DNA of 61,558 nucleotides, filler included, from Hausera hauseri (Eukaryota), in the NCBI GenBank assembly GCA_046269625.1. It is 9 parts of 9 records of this genome, joined end to end, with 100 filler letters (N's around TTAATTAATTAA, not from the genome) between each part and the next. Parts side by side here need not be neighbours in the genome. Positions count along the whole stretch, not along the records: positions 19,917 to 31,030 come from JBJURY010124428.1; positions 31,131 to 36,672 come from JBJURY010233407.1; 7 more parts are not named here. One strand, 5' to 3'. Positions 22,430 through 35,803 of this stretch are shown here, one piece after another (the first letter of the stretch is position 1; the number at the start of each line of letters is the position of its first letter). Both the position numbers and the translations under genes were made by a program. The notes under the pieces are model-generated. The model was not told the origin of the DNA. It did not search any database and saw nothing but the letters and a program-made list of their open reading frames with translations.

Positions 22430-23600
22430 TCAATCTCGATAGTGCATCGGAATCTACATGTTTATTTTCTGGTTTATACATGTCGGGTTGTTTGCTCAGC
22501 CCTTTAAAGTCGTAACGGCTTTGTGATCAGTGACCATTATAATTTTCTGTCCGTATACATAAACGTTGAAATGTCGAAGTGCTTCTTTTACGGCTAGTGT
22601 TTCTAGCTCACTAACAAAATAATTTTTCTAGGCCTTCTTCAAGTAACGTCCTCCATAAGCAATCGGGTGTTCTAACTCTTCATCTTATCTTTTCTGCTCT
22701 AATTCATATCCAATGCCTTCTTTACTGGCGTCTGTCTTGATTATAAAGGGTAAGTTAAAATCCGGTACCGTAAAACAGGTTCGCTTGTTAATATCTTTTT
22801 CATCTCGTCGAAGGCTTTCTGTTCGACGTCTATCCATTTCAATTTAATTCCTTTTTTAAGTAGACGATATAAAGGTGCATTAATTTTTGACTAGCCTAGC
22901 ACACAGGTTGCGTAATATCTGCAAAGTCCTAGCCACTGTCTTAATTCTTCCTGGTTTTGTGGTTCTATATAGTCTGATATTTTATTTAGTAGTGACTTCT
23001 CTGGTTTCGATCCTTCTTCTTCAACTATATGGCCAATGTAGTATACTGCATTCTGAACCAATTTACATTTCTGCGGATTTAGTTTCAACCTTGCTTGTTC
23101 CAAACTCATCAGCATATGTTCAATGTTCTTTAAGTGTTCCTCTTCGGTCCTTGATGCTATCATCACGTCATCTAAATACGCGAAAGCGTGATCCAGTCCC
23201 ATTAACATTTTGTTCATCATTCTTGTAAATATGGCTGGCCCGGTAGTAATACCGAATGGCATGACATTGAATTCATAAATACCATTGTGTGTTTTAAATG
23301 CTGTCTTATAACGGTCCTCATCCTCGATCTCTACCTGCCAATATCCGGATTGTAAGTCCAGAGTGGTAAACCATTTTGCTGCTGAAAGTCGATCTAAAGC
23401 CTCTTTCACTGACGGTAACGGGAAAAATCTTTCATCATAAGATTATTTAAGGCTCTGTAGTCAATACAAAATCGATGTTTTGTGGTACCTTTCTTCTTAA
23501 CCATAAAGATTGGCAAATACCAAGATCTATAGCAGGACCTAATTATATCGGCTTTAAGCATTCGTTCAACTTCCTTCGTTATTTCTGGTCTTAGTGAATG
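22430..23600 (-). pseudogene. Reverse transcriptase + RNase H of family A
   Basis: RFCIDYRALN, FTTLDLQSGYWQV, KTAF, MPFG, YLDDV, KTDAS, ELETLAV, TDHK, DSDALSR. Confidence 0.93.
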
Positions 23601-24159
23601 TGTAGGGGGTACAAATTTGGCATTTTTTGGTCCTCTAAGTCTATTTCTTCGTTCGAACCAAGCTTTTTCTTGAGCGGAATAATCAATTTTAATGCTTTCG
23701 CTCTACCAATATCTTCTTCATATTTAGCGATAATCGATTTGTAGCGGAATAATAATTCGTAAAATCGACAATAAGATTCGGGAGGAAACTTAATTTCGAC
23801 ATGAGGTGGAAATTCAGCATACTTATAAGGCTTTTCATCAATAGTTATTGACGACACTCTATACGTATCTCCAACAGTAGTGTAAGCATAAAGCTTGACC
23901 GGAGTTTGTGCATTATTAGCTATTCTGATCGATACTCTACCGGAGTGTACTCTTGTTAATATATTTCTGAGTATTATATTCAGATCTAACGTATCACTTG
24001 GTTCAAAATATATCGGTTGATTGTCATCTTGCTCTATTTGGTCATAAATTATCATTTCCGTCCTCGGTGGAATGTCTTCGTCTACGGGTATCCATACCTC
24101 TCTAAATTTTTTATCCTTAGCGTTTTTCACGCCTTTATTTGGCCTGGTTTCTATTAACT

Positions 24160-24490
24160 TTCTTGTTTGTAAGTCAATCGCTATATTTGCTAGGCTTTTC
24201 AATAGATCACATCCTAAAACTACGTCATCAATTAATTGTTCCATAACTGCAAATTCGTTCTGGAAAAACTGTCCAACTATTTGGACTTCTGGATTCCATT
24301 TAAACATCGCTTTCGGTATTTAGCCAAAAGCTCCCGTACTTCCTGGATTTTTTGCGAATGGTGGATATAATTGTCCTCTTAGCGATTTAGGTATAGACTT
24401 GTTTTTAATGTAAGGCATTTTGGATCCTGTATCGATTAAGCCATAAACGTCCCAATCATCTGTAATGATTTTGGCGAAAGGTCTTCCTTC
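24160..24490 (-). pseudogene. Aspartic protease of family A
   Basis: YGLIDTGS (ORF 24320..24865) and DVVLGCDLL (ORF 23591..24307). Confidence 0.8.
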
Positions 24491-24939
24491 TATTACTGTT
24501 CCAAAACAGTTTGTTGCTACTTTTGGACGTTTAGTCGCCGATATTTTATGTCCATTGATTCGGATTTCTGGGGAGGATACTATATTCTCCGACAATTGTT
24601 TTAATTCTTCGTTTGGATACAACTCGTTGTTTTCTATGTGTAACTCTGCTGTTTCGTATGTACTAACTAATGGTTCTCGATTATTAGTGTGTAGTTCGGT
24701 GTTCTGGAAGGTTTTTAACCTTGGATTGTTCCAAACCGTTGATCTAATTTCTATATTCTGCGGTTCTCTCGGAATATCTTGGGACAGATTTGAACATTTT
24801 TGGACCATATATGGATTGTCGGTAACACATTTTCCGTAGGATCCCGTAACGTTTTGTTCATTCATAACGGTCTTCTACATTAATCATCCTTTTCCAGATT
24901 TCAGTCTGATATGAACTCATTGATCGTTTATCACAGTCT

Positions 24940-27008
24940 TCATAGATTGGAGCGGTGGGAGGTAGCAGGCAATGGCGCTTTAATGACAGAGTACATCTTA
25001 TGTCTGTTTATTCCTGAAAGTACTTCTCCTCCCTTGGGCTCGTCATCATCTGAATTATTTCTTCGTGTATTAGGTTTTGTAAATTTCCACTTGTATAAGA
25101 AAATAGGCCTCCCTTTTCGCTTGCGATTGTAATAACCGATATGGCGTTCTACGTCTGATTTCCATCTGTTCTGTTCGTATGCTTTTAAGAATTTTCCAAA
25201 AGGCGTTATGATTGCGGTCAGTATTTTACATGAAAATCCGATTAATGTAAATATTTCATATCCATTTATTACTGCTTGATGACTGCTTTAATCATATGTA
25301 TCACAAAATATGTCGCCAAGAATCCGGATGCGGCCTGCCTGAAGATCAAAAATCGTCCCCAAATTTTGTAGAGAATTTCTGTTGTTACTCTCTGATAATG
25401 GTTTACGCCAAATAATGATTCCCATTTAGCATGATATCGGGTATCGTCTATCACCGAGGCTATGGCTCGGTTTAATTTATGTGTTCGTTGTTGCGGAAAA
25501 GCGAGGAATTGTCTGAAGGCTTCGATTTCCTTAGGCTTGTATGTGCCTTTCGACCAGGTGTCTTGAAATTTATCGTCTGCAATTCCTTTCGTTAGGTTTG
25601 TTCCTGTTAATTTATTTGGAGCGGCAGTGATACCTCCATTTGGCAAACTAACCCACTCTGTTTCACTGCGTCTAAATATGGGCTTTCCTAAGCTGGCCTT
25701 ACAGTCTCTAAGGATGGTTGGTTGGGTTGAGTTATCCAATAGCACTCTCGTCAATGGCGTAGTTAACCTTGGAGTATTCTGATAAATAACATGGAGTTCC
25801 TGAATGCAACGTTTTTCTTCCACATTAATGGGTACATCTCTCTTTTCACATTTGTAAGTTATTAGTACTTCGCTTGTGACCCGACCGAAAATTCTCTCTC
25901 TCATAGGAATTATTGGAAAAGCCAATTTTGGGTTGGCATATATAATAGCCAATTTCGTCCTCATAATTTCAGTATCTAATTTGCAATCATTCATTATCAT
26001 TTTGTGATATAGTTCCGTTATTCCGACTTGCCCTTTATAATAGAAGTAATTGTCTCTGTTTTTTATGTAATCTTCAATTCGGACACCCTGCGTTTTTAAT
26101 TTGTATGATTTTGCATTTATTTCCGTTTCTGCGACGAAAAATGCCTCATAGTTAGTAGTGAACATCACTACGTCACAACGTGGGATTATCTCTTTTTTAA
26201 TGAATTACAGTCCATATTGATCTCAGATTAATATAGTGAGCGTAGGATGTTCTGATACGTCTTTGCGTATCCTTGAGATGGTATCTCATTTTCCACATAT
26301 CGCTTTCCGGTAGATTCATTAAACTTCAGTTCCTTAATTTTTTATAAAATTACAACTTCTTCCAGAAGGTGGTTCCCAGATTATAACAAAGCTTCTAAAA
26401 GCACATGTTCCATCTTTTAAATGACATTTCTGATTCTCAGTGTATAACTTAGTGACATTATGGAACATTACTTTCTGTGATCGCATCTCCGATTCGTAGA
26501 AATCTACGACTACCACATATGCTTGTAATCCTTTTCCGGTGCCATATTCTGCTCCGTAACAATGTCCACTATGCATATCTAACCTTCCGGCCACCACCTT
26601 GTACTCCCTAATTATCTTTCCTGGTTGCATTTCTAATTCCATACTATCCCATTGCACTCTTCCGGTCTCCTTAGCTTGTCTGCAATGCTGGCGTTCTAAG
26701 TTCATATGGATTAGCGGAGTTGTCGGTTTAATTATTGAGGAATGCTCTTGTACTAATCCACAATGAAAAATGCTACGTGATCGTCTCAGCATACATTCCA
26801 TTCCATCTAACGATATCAGTTCTTGTTGTTGGTACAGGAAGTAATTTTTCTCTCGTCTCCAACTTGTGTGATCTGGCATCTTTGCACATTTCCAGATCCA
26901 TTAGGGAATATCTCTGTCCTAGTGTAAACTTATCGCAGTCGTAGACGGTTACAGCGCCTATATGCTTTATTAGCATCATCAAGGTGAGTAAGCTAATTAG
27001 CAAATTTG
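24940..27008 (-). pseudogene. Chuvirus/Jingchuvirales-like envelope fusion glycoprotein (env), frameshifted; ends approximate
   Basis: Signal-like LLISLLTLMMLIKHIGA|VTVYDC..YSL.DLEMC; C..RRSRSIFHCG..EHSS; CRQAKETG; GHCYG.EY; CHLKDGTC..IIWE..C; NDCKLD; FGRVTSEVL..YKC; CIQELHV.Y; PLTRVL; C-terminal WGRFLIFRQAASGFLATYFVIHMIK..GYEIF.LIGFS.KIL.A TM region. This matches the chuviral G Cys/TM pattern as I recall it. Confidence 0.8.
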
Positions 27009-29872
27009 ATTCATTCTTCCGGCATCCCACGTCCGCCGTTGTCAAATTACGTAACAGATCGTCGAGTTTATTACTGGCCCGTCTGTCTTCTTCCTTGTCA
27101 AACAGTCTTGACCAATTTAATTCGCAGGGCAGTCTTTTTGCTGCTTTTCGTGCTAAACTTATACCTCTATTAATTTCATTTTCTCGATTAAGGTTTATTT
27201 TCATAGCTAGGTATAGTAATACTTTTCTCAATTCCTCGTTGGTGTTCTCTACCATGATCTTTTCGATTACCGATTCATCGGTTAAGTTACTTTTCGATAG
27301 TTTAAAACGTGAACTTCTCATCATTCTAGCTGCATCGAAAATTATCTTTTCTCTGTCATCTAGTGTGTCACCTCGAAGGCTCAAATAATTTCAAATTCGT
27401 ATTAAATTCTTCATTAACTCGCTTAATTTTTCATTATCTGTGCTGAAAGTCGGAATTCGCATATGTCTCAATTCTTTAAGCAATTCTCCATTGTAGTCCA
27501 CTTCTCGCGTTTTCTTAGGCCTACCGGTTGGACGTTTTGGCCTTGGGGCTTTAGTTGCTATTTCACTCAGTGTTACTAAATTTATATCGTATTGTTCCTT
27601 GTCCTCATCCGTTTGAAAATACTCGAAATACATTGCAGCATCTCGGACTCCCATGATTTGTCCGACGCATTGCTCTGTCTTAGCCTTACGTGTGGCTTCC
27701 TCTTTCGTCTGTTCGTTAGGCACTATTGCTACTATACGATTTGTTTCGCCGGGAATAATCCCGACATCTATTAAGTGTTCTAGATCGTCGAGTATTCTAC
27801 CTCTAAAGTAAAATCTGTAATTTAGCTCATTTGTTCCGCCATTATTTACTAACCATTCTCTTACGTTCCTTACATAGGAATATGTAGTTAACTCATTCTT
27901 TTTCGTCCATCCATTCGGACGGTACCATTACGTTCATCGTTACCTCATGTCTAGCTTTTAAGATTTTAGAGTATTTCCTTATTAGAAGTTTCAGCACCGT
28001 ACTATAAATGGCATTCTCACTAGATAATTTAGTTAGTGTCGGAATAAGTTGTCTTAACTTACTTTCAGTAATGTTTACGTTAATTAATTAGATTAAATCC
28101 TTTTCAGTTAGCGCCGAATCCAAGAGCATCTCCACATTGAATCTCCTGTCCTGCAAACGTTCCTGTTTCGTTTAGTTGTACTGGAATCACGGGTTTTTCG
28201 GCAAATATTGCGTCGAAGTATGCATCCCATTCGGGTTTGTTTCCACTAAGGCTGTATTCGTCCTTTGCACATTTTCTCGAATTTCTTTCAATCTGAGTTG
28301 TATTTCCTTCATCTGTGTAGTACGGAAACCTATTCCGTTTCCATAGGCATACTGAATCAGTTTCAGTAATTCACCTAATTCATCAAAATCGATGAGTCCT
28401 TTTTGGTGATAATCTTTTAATTCAATAATTACATCCTTTTGCCATCTTTGTACGAATTCTCGCTTGTTCTTAATTTCTGATTCGGTAAAAGCATATTTAT
28501 TTCGGTATATTTCGAATTTTTTCGCTAGTTCATCCAGCTTCGTTGCTCTTTGTTTTGTTCTGATGCACCTTTCTTCTACTTTCTGTAATTTGGGCACCAA
28601 CTGCCTTATCTCTTCATCATTAATCTCCGCCATTTCTACTAATAAGTAGGCTAGCCCGTACATCTCGTCTATGTCTTTTGAGTCAGAATTCGGTGCATCC
28701 AACAATTTCTTTACGAACTTAGATTCCTGAAAACTAAGATGTTGGTTATCTCTTATCATTGTCAACTTGGTATGGAAATTTTGATCTAATCCGGCCCTTC
28801 ATTCTTGTGGCTTATGCAAAAATTTTACAGCGTCCGTTAAGGCGGCTCGATTTTCCGGACAAATGTCTAAGATTTCAATATCTTGGACATAGATCTCGTC
28901 GATAGGTTTGTCAGTATAATGTTGAACTCCTTCTAGTCTGACATTTCTTAATCTTGGGTAAAAATTGCAAGTCATATTTCGCTTTTCTGCAAAATTCGTT
29001 TCCTCGACCATTTTATAAATCTCTTCCAGTATCATTGCTTCTTGTTTCTTTTTCATAAATTTTAGTCGTCGTAATATTGTATCTAGATTACGTGCGCTTT
29101 CTTCTAGCTGTTTCTTTATAGAAGGCTCATTCTCCAGAATTTCCTTCTTACGGTTTACCACTAGTTTACTTGGTCGCATTACTAATTCGGACCATTCCGA
29201 CAATTGGTTGTCGATCATTGGCTTTGCAATTATAGCCTTATTTAACATCTTATAAGCATTCTTTAACTTATCATCTCGTCCTTTTATAAAATCCATAATC
29301 CGGCTGACATTGTTAAACTCATCCTTATATTAGTCAAATTCTGTGATGCAAGCCTTTACTACGTATTGAGTCTTCTCGTGGTTCGGGAACATAATTCGGT
29401 TTTTCAAGCTACAAATCTGTCTTCGCTTTTCGTTCTCCATTTTAATTCGATTTTTTAAATTTGTATATCGTTTAGGGATAGCAAATGCGATTTTTATCAT
29501 CTCCCTTAAGGTAGGGATATCTATTTGGTCTATACCCAATATCTCTAAATCGACATCACTTTGACTACTAACCGGTTTTTTTCTAAGTCGATTAATTATT
29601 TCACAACGAATTTCATCTATCATACGTTCCAGGTTACGTACTACTCTCTTCAGTTTTGGATTTGCTTCTAAGGTAGACAATAGCGTTTGAGCCTTAGCGA
29701 CTTTTACGTCGACACTCTCTTCATTTTTGCTCCATCCTTCTGAAAATTCAACTCCACTTTTAATCCCTGATTCTAATTCATGTTTCCATTTTAACAATGT
29801 TTCAGATAATACCTCTTCAGGTTGTCCTAAGTCGATTGCTTCCTCAAGTTTCCTTTCACTATATAATTTCAA
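27009..29872 (-). pseudogene. Unknown charged/helical accessory region of family A between gag and env (ORF fragments 29330..29872, 28799..29296, 28187..28765, 27391..27723, 26773..27384)
   Basis: Homologous peptides in copies at 36773-37260, 44880-51000 and 55200-55500 (e.g. YVVKACITEFD vs LIEACILEFD; QLSEWSELV vs QLKEWSELL; EQCVGQIMGVRDA vs QQCVGRVMGVQDA). Confidence 0.7.
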
Positions 29873-30201
29873 ACTTTTATACAGTTCTCCGCATACTGTT
29901 GTTCTTTTCCCGATATGTCCACTTGATCGCTAATCTGCTTAAGCCTTTCTAAATTTCGCTGTAGTATTTCTGGATCGTGACATCTAATTCTCATTTTCTT
30001 CAATTCATCGGCGTTTTTCCATGAACGTCGGACTTTCCACTTTTTTGGATCAAAATCCTCAATATTTCCAGTCTCTTTCTCACTAATGGGAAGTGGGTAG
30101 ATCTCGTTAATTTCATTAGTTGACTATTGTAGATTCTTTTATTTCGGTAGGTGTGAATGGATTGATTTTTGGTGTAGTTAGGCTATGTTCTGCGTCGCTT
30201 T

Positions 30202-31030
30202 CTACAAAGATATCCGTTTTTTCGTTTCTTCTATTTTCTTTCTAGTTATTTGTGACCGTGAACGACTACGGCCTCTATTTTTCGTCATTTTAAGTTTTAA
30301 TGGCTCCATAAATTCTTTTTCTGCTGCATCGTAATCGGCAGGTTTATCTACTTTTTCAACTGTAAACTCAGGCTCTGCATCTAAGTCGACTTCTGTCGAG
30401 GTGTCTAGTTTATCGGGTAGTTTATTACTCGTCGGAACACTCTTTTTCCGTGTCATATCAATTCGCTTGGGTGCTACTGCACGTTCATATTCAGTTTCTG
30501 ATTCTCCTAAACCATGATACACTTCTAGTAGTCTTAACTTATCTCCATATTCTTTTCTGGCCATCAGAATTTGTGGATTAGTAGTTTTAGACTGAGCGTC
30601 TAGGAAATTTCGCAAGTCTTGTATATCAATGATAGTACCTGTGTTTGCGCGAACACCATACTTTACTTCTAAATTTTCGTTAATTCCAATCATACTGGTT
30701 TTATTAGGCTCAGTAAATAAAACACTACGTGGGTTTGGACATGACCTTGAAATCTGTCCTTCTTTTCCGCAAGTGAAACAAACTAAATTTCCATTTCTGC
30801 CGACTCTCTGGCGGCTATCTTCGTTTACAGGTGACTTAGGCCGATTCGAACTTCTACTGTACTGGTTCTGTGCGCTATCCTTGCTTCTTCGGTTATCATT
30901 ATTTCGATTATCAGCATTACGATTCGAATAATCAGGTCCTTTGTAGTTTCCTCTATTCGAGTTAAAGTTTGGCCTGTTCATATTTCGGTCATTATAGTTT
31001 TGGTTAGTCCTGTAGACGTTATTGTTACTT
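30202..31030 (-). CDS. Gag C-terminus (Asn/Arg-rich + degenerate CCHC knuckle) of family A
   Basis: CFTCGKEGQISRSCPNP knuckle after an N/R-rich tract. Confidence 0.8.
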
Positions 31031-31130
31031 NNNNNNNNNNNNNNNNNNNNNNNNNNNNNNNNNNNNNNNNNNNNTTAATTAATTAANNNNNNNNNNNNNN
31101 NNNNNNNNNNNNNNNNNNNNNNNNNNNNNN
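31031..31130. other. Artificial contig linker
   Basis: N44-TTAATTAATTAA-N44. Confidence 0.98.
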
Positions 31131-33160
31131 CATTAAAACAATGGATAAGATCGAGAAAAGGCTTTGTTGGGAATTTGAGAAAGAGGGGACTTGTAAATTT
31201 GGGAATAAATGTAAATTCTTGCATAATAAAGAAAAGAAAAATGAAACACGAATATGTAAATACTATCTGAATGGAAATTGTAGAGACGGAGAAAAATGTC
31301 ACTTTACTCGTGAATTGCCGTTAAAAAAGGATAATTTTAAAAAACAAGAAAAAACGTTCTATACACTCCATACAGAAGAAAGAATAAACAAAGCGGAAGA
31401 CGTAGGAGACGATATTGAGGCACGAGTTAACACTTACGTAATTCAACGATCAGAAGAGACAACGAAAGAAAATAAAATAGCTTTACGAACTGTAGACGTG
31501 TGGTTGTAGAACGGAGAGCAGAAAGTAAAGGTATGCATGTTATTGGACGATGCGAGCACAGAATGTTTTGTAAAACGCTCTATTGTAGAACAGCTGAAAT
31601 TAGTTGGTAGTCATAAAAGTGTATATGTTATGGTAGTGGGTGGGGAGACAACAAGGTCGAAAATGGAACGAGTAAAAATGATCTTACGAAGTAAGAACAA
31701 GAAGGTTAACATCCAATTTGAAGCGTTGGTTCTCCATGATCCGACTGGGAAAATGATGGCCGTGAATTGGGAGATGAAGAAGAACAAATGGCCGCATTTG
31801 GGAAATATAAAGTTTGCTGCTCAAAAATCGCTGAAATCAGTTGATGAAACAATCGGTGCAAACTATATGTATTAACATAGATTTATAAAAGAAATAGCGG
31901 TAAAGACAAATAAGCAGGTAGCAAGATTGATTCCACTTAAATGGACGTGTGTAGGGATAATCGGGAATGAAAAGAAAAAGGTAAGAGCCAACTTCGTTAG
32001 ATCATTCTGGACTAGAACCGAGGAAATGCAAGAAGATTGGAACAGACTATGGGAAGCAGAACAAGGATTCCAGGAAAGATCTCAGTTAAATAGCTGAGAT
32101 GTCGAGTTATTGAAGAGAGTGATTAGCGGAATAACATATAAAAAAGAAAGTTTTTATTGTTAAGTTACCTTTGAAGACAGAGAAACATGCAGACGTCAGT
32201 GATCCTGATTCGTCATAGATGGCGAAAAGTGGATTGGATCTATTAATAGAGAAACTGGATAAAGATATTAGAGTGAAATAGGAGTACAATAAAGTCATCA
32301 ACGAGTATGAGGAAAAATTGTATATAAGAGAAATATCAAAAGAAGAGCAAAAGGAAACGAAATGGTTAATGCCACATTTTCCCGTAATCAAGTTTGATCG
32401 CGATACCACAAAATGTCGGTTAGTATTTGACGCAGCTGCAAGGAATAAAGGGAAATACTTAAATGACTTCTTGGAGATCGGCCCAAAATTATAACTTGAA
32501 GTAGTTGACATTTTACTCCGAATGCGTCGCAACAATAAGTTTCAATCTGTGATATACATGAAATGTTTCTCCAAATTTTAGTGGATCCAACAGATAAAAA
32601 ATACTTACGATTTTTATGGAAGAAAAATGATAAAAAAGTTACCTACGAATTTAACAGATTGGTGTTCGGACTGAACTGTTCTCCCTTTTTAGAACAATCA
32701 GTGTCTATATTTAATACGGAAGGATTTGAAAAAGTATACCCGAGAGCAACAGAAACCATAAAGTACTCTACGTGTATGGATGACTGCATTGACTCAGCTC
32801 TAACAGGAGAGATAACAGAACTATATCATGAATTAAATGTAACATGGAATAATGCATGAATGGCTCCACACAAATGGGCAACGAACTCAGAACAACTTAT
32901 CACCGATATCCCATGCAACAAAAGATCAATGGAGTATAATGTATCAAAGAAGAACACATTGGCCACAAAGACGTTGGGAATGAAATGGAAGGTAAAGGAA
33001 GACAAATACGTATTCGATAAAAGAGACGTTACCGAACAAACGACAACGAAAAGGACCTTACTAAGCGCAGTCGCCAAAATATACAATCCCCTGGGATTTC
33101 TAAGTTGTTATACTATAATCGGTAAAATGATAATACAAGAATTGTGGATGCAAGCTTTAC
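31131..33160 (+). mobile_element. Degenerate BEL/Pao retrotransposon (zinc fingers - PR - RT - peptidase A17 region)
   Basis: LLDDASTECFV protease, TIGANY, HFPVIK..TTKCRLVFDAAA, MFLQI..YLRFLW, RLVFGLNCSPF, CMDD, KWATNS, TKRTLLSAVAKIYNPLGFLS (Pao signature). Confidence 0.9.
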
Positions 33161-34999
33161 AATACTCCCCCGTTCTTTTGATGTGTGGTGTTCATAGGGG
33201 TTCAATGATTTAATAGTATTAGCTAGTTCATGTGTAATTTGAAGTTTTGCAGTTGACTACTCAATTTCAAAAGTTTTCCTAATTCCAAAAAGAAATTTAA
33301 ATTGCAACGTTGGAAAAGATTGTAAAATACTGATGAACATTCTATAATGTGAAAGTTTCGAATTTAGAAATACCACTAAGTTAATATTATATAGAAAAAA
33401 TTGTAATAAAGCCACCTAAAATAAAAACATTATTTATGAATTACTGTTATGCATTTGAAAACAACGTAAAAGGATTTGCACCTTTTCCTAAAATATTCAA
33501 CTGCATAATTGTTTCAAATTTTAAATTATTTTAACGCAATCTGAAGACACTTATATTAGTTCCAGTAACCTTATTTTGTAACGCATTTTTTACATTTTGT
33601 GGAACTTTTGTAATTCAGTATGATTTACGTTACTTAAACATTTTTAAATGTTAACGGCATGTTTTAGATGTTAGATAAATGAATTTAAATTTTATCAATT
33701 GCGATTATTTCCATGAGAAAAAAGAACAAACTGTAATGTATTTGTTGATATCATATTGATCACAATAATATATTTCTAGGTGTATGTCACACAAGTTACT
33801 ATTTACCTATTAAATTTTGTTTAAATATTCATGGGAACGAGAATACAGAAGTATATAGATAAATTATGCATACATATTTAAAAATCTACTTTACATCTTT
33901 TGGTAAACAAAATTCTTGAATATTTCAAATCTTTAGGTAAAATGGATATTCTCGATATTTATGACTACATCCGTTCAAATTTTAATATATTTAAATCAGT
34001 CTGAATTTAATCATTTTCTTCCATTTACTTGTATTAAAATGCGATAAGACTAAAGGGATTTTTGTTTTTAAGAATTGGTAATTGTTATGGTCAATGATAC
34101 TGTCGATAGAGATTTAAGTCGAACCGATGTATTCCGCCAGTGACTTTTTAAGGTAAGTTGGTTTTCGGTTTATTCAAGTTGAATTATTATTAGTAAACGG
34201 GATATCTCTTCAGAAGCGATGGTCACTGCACTAACGTAAATCAATCGGTTTAAAAGTCGTAAAGAACTTAATGGATACCGGTAATTGCACATCAATAGCG
34301 TCAGCTAATGTGTCTAGGGTGGATTTTTTTGTTTTAAAATACATCGGGTGAATCTGGCAATGCGTTCTTGTTTCTACTTAAGATTTTCGAGTTCTTACAT
34401 TTAATATATACTGCAAAATGTGAAAAAAAATAAACCAAATAGTGCCAAGTTGAAAAGTGATTATAAATTTGTTCCAATCTCTGTTTCCTCACACAAATTT
34501 GAATTGAATTTCATCATTTCTATATGAAGTCATTTTAAAATATAAAATTACAGAAATATCGCCTTTGTTGACTTTCGTCGACTGCACTAAAAAGCTCCCA
34601 TGTTTGTACACCGTTAAATTTAATTCCGCAAATATAACCATATGCGCTGTTTGCTTTTAAAAATGTGGAGGCGGCAAAAATTTTTGAAACTTAATATTAT
34701 TACCAAATCAGACATACATGCTAAATTTCATGAATCGTGTTACGGGGTAGATAATATGGATTATTCTAATTAATAACAGCAACTGGATTGAAATTGATAG
34801 TATCCGTGAAGCTGTTCGAAATATTGCTTATTTTGCAAAGTGCAAATCGTTGTAACACGTGTTTGCGAAATGAGATTCCACATGTATACAAATCGAGACG
34901 GAACGTTTTGCATTCTCGATAGGTTTTTCGTATCAAAAGCTGACAACGAAATGAGACCACAAAGGAGTTGCGCATAATGCAACTTTCGTAGTAGGACAA

Positions 35000-35803
35000 C
35001 GGTTGTAGAATATCTTGCTAACCGCGTCAAATCGAAACAGAAAATCGGTAGATTGCTCGGCGAGTTCTTTATGCGTCAATGGTAGACAGCATTTTGAACT
35101 CTCGATTTTTTGTTGTGTTCAATTTGTTGTGTCTTTAAAGCTGATCGTGTATTGTTCGCCAAGAGGCCGGCTCGTTGACGCTTTTATAAGAAAAACAGCA
35201 ACGTTTGGACAACCTAGATGGATCGTAATAGGTGTAATTAGCTATCACGTTAGCGTTCTAATAAAAGCCGTTCAAGCTGGTGTCGGGCGGTAATAGCACA
35301 AGTGCGGTTTGGATTTGGTTGGGCAGGCTACTCAGGAAGTAGCGCCGTAGTGTGCTGGTTGGTGTGGAGATCCAGCTCAGCATTGCTCAAGTCTGAGCGT
35401 AACTTTTGAAGTATAGCAGAATGTTTCATATTCCCTATCTGTCGCTTGGCGAAGACCAAGTTGAACTGCTGTTGGGACGGCAGATATGCTTTGCATATGG
35501 CTGCTTTGATTTTGTCAAACGGTTTTTCATCTGACAGTAACGTGTTTAGATCCGTTATTGCTGCGAGCGTTTTTGGCTGCAGGTATTGAATTAGTGTTAA
35601 AGCCTTGTTTAGTTGGCCGGTGATGCTGCATTCAGTAGCCCATGTTTCAAACACATGGAACCACTTCAATGGAGTTCAGACCAAACCTATGAAGAAGGTG
35701 GAACACGTTAATTTAGGTGGTTTAGCCGGTGCTAATGATGCAGTTTCGGCTTTTTTGTCGGACTTAGGGGCGTCGATGCCTCCTTTTAATTTTGGCGTCG
35801 CCA
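35000..35803 (-). mobile_element. Ty3/Gypsy 5' fragment: PBS-like TGGCGAC plus degenerate gag; 3' end approximate
   Basis: Minus-strand TGGCGACGCC at ~35803; gag-like PLKWFHVFE..PFDKIKAAI..IGNMKHSAILQKLR; Cys/His gag motifs near 35000-35110. Confidence 0.6.

Larger units (their letters stand above)
19917..31030 (-). mobile_element. Large Ty3/Gypsy retrotransposon (family A, copy 1): gag - unknown ORFs - chuvirus-like glycoprotein - PR - RT - RH - IN - FN3-motif ORF
   Basis: All ORF fragments are co-oriented on the minus strand over the whole 11.1-kb contig; pol is in Gypsy order; the 5' part is colinear with three other copies in the window. Confidence 0.88.

Noticed and set aside
23800-24100. 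dUTPase-like segment between protease and RT of family A
   Set aside because: Only a degenerate beta-rich spacer common in Gypsy pol; no dUTPase catalytic motifs visible
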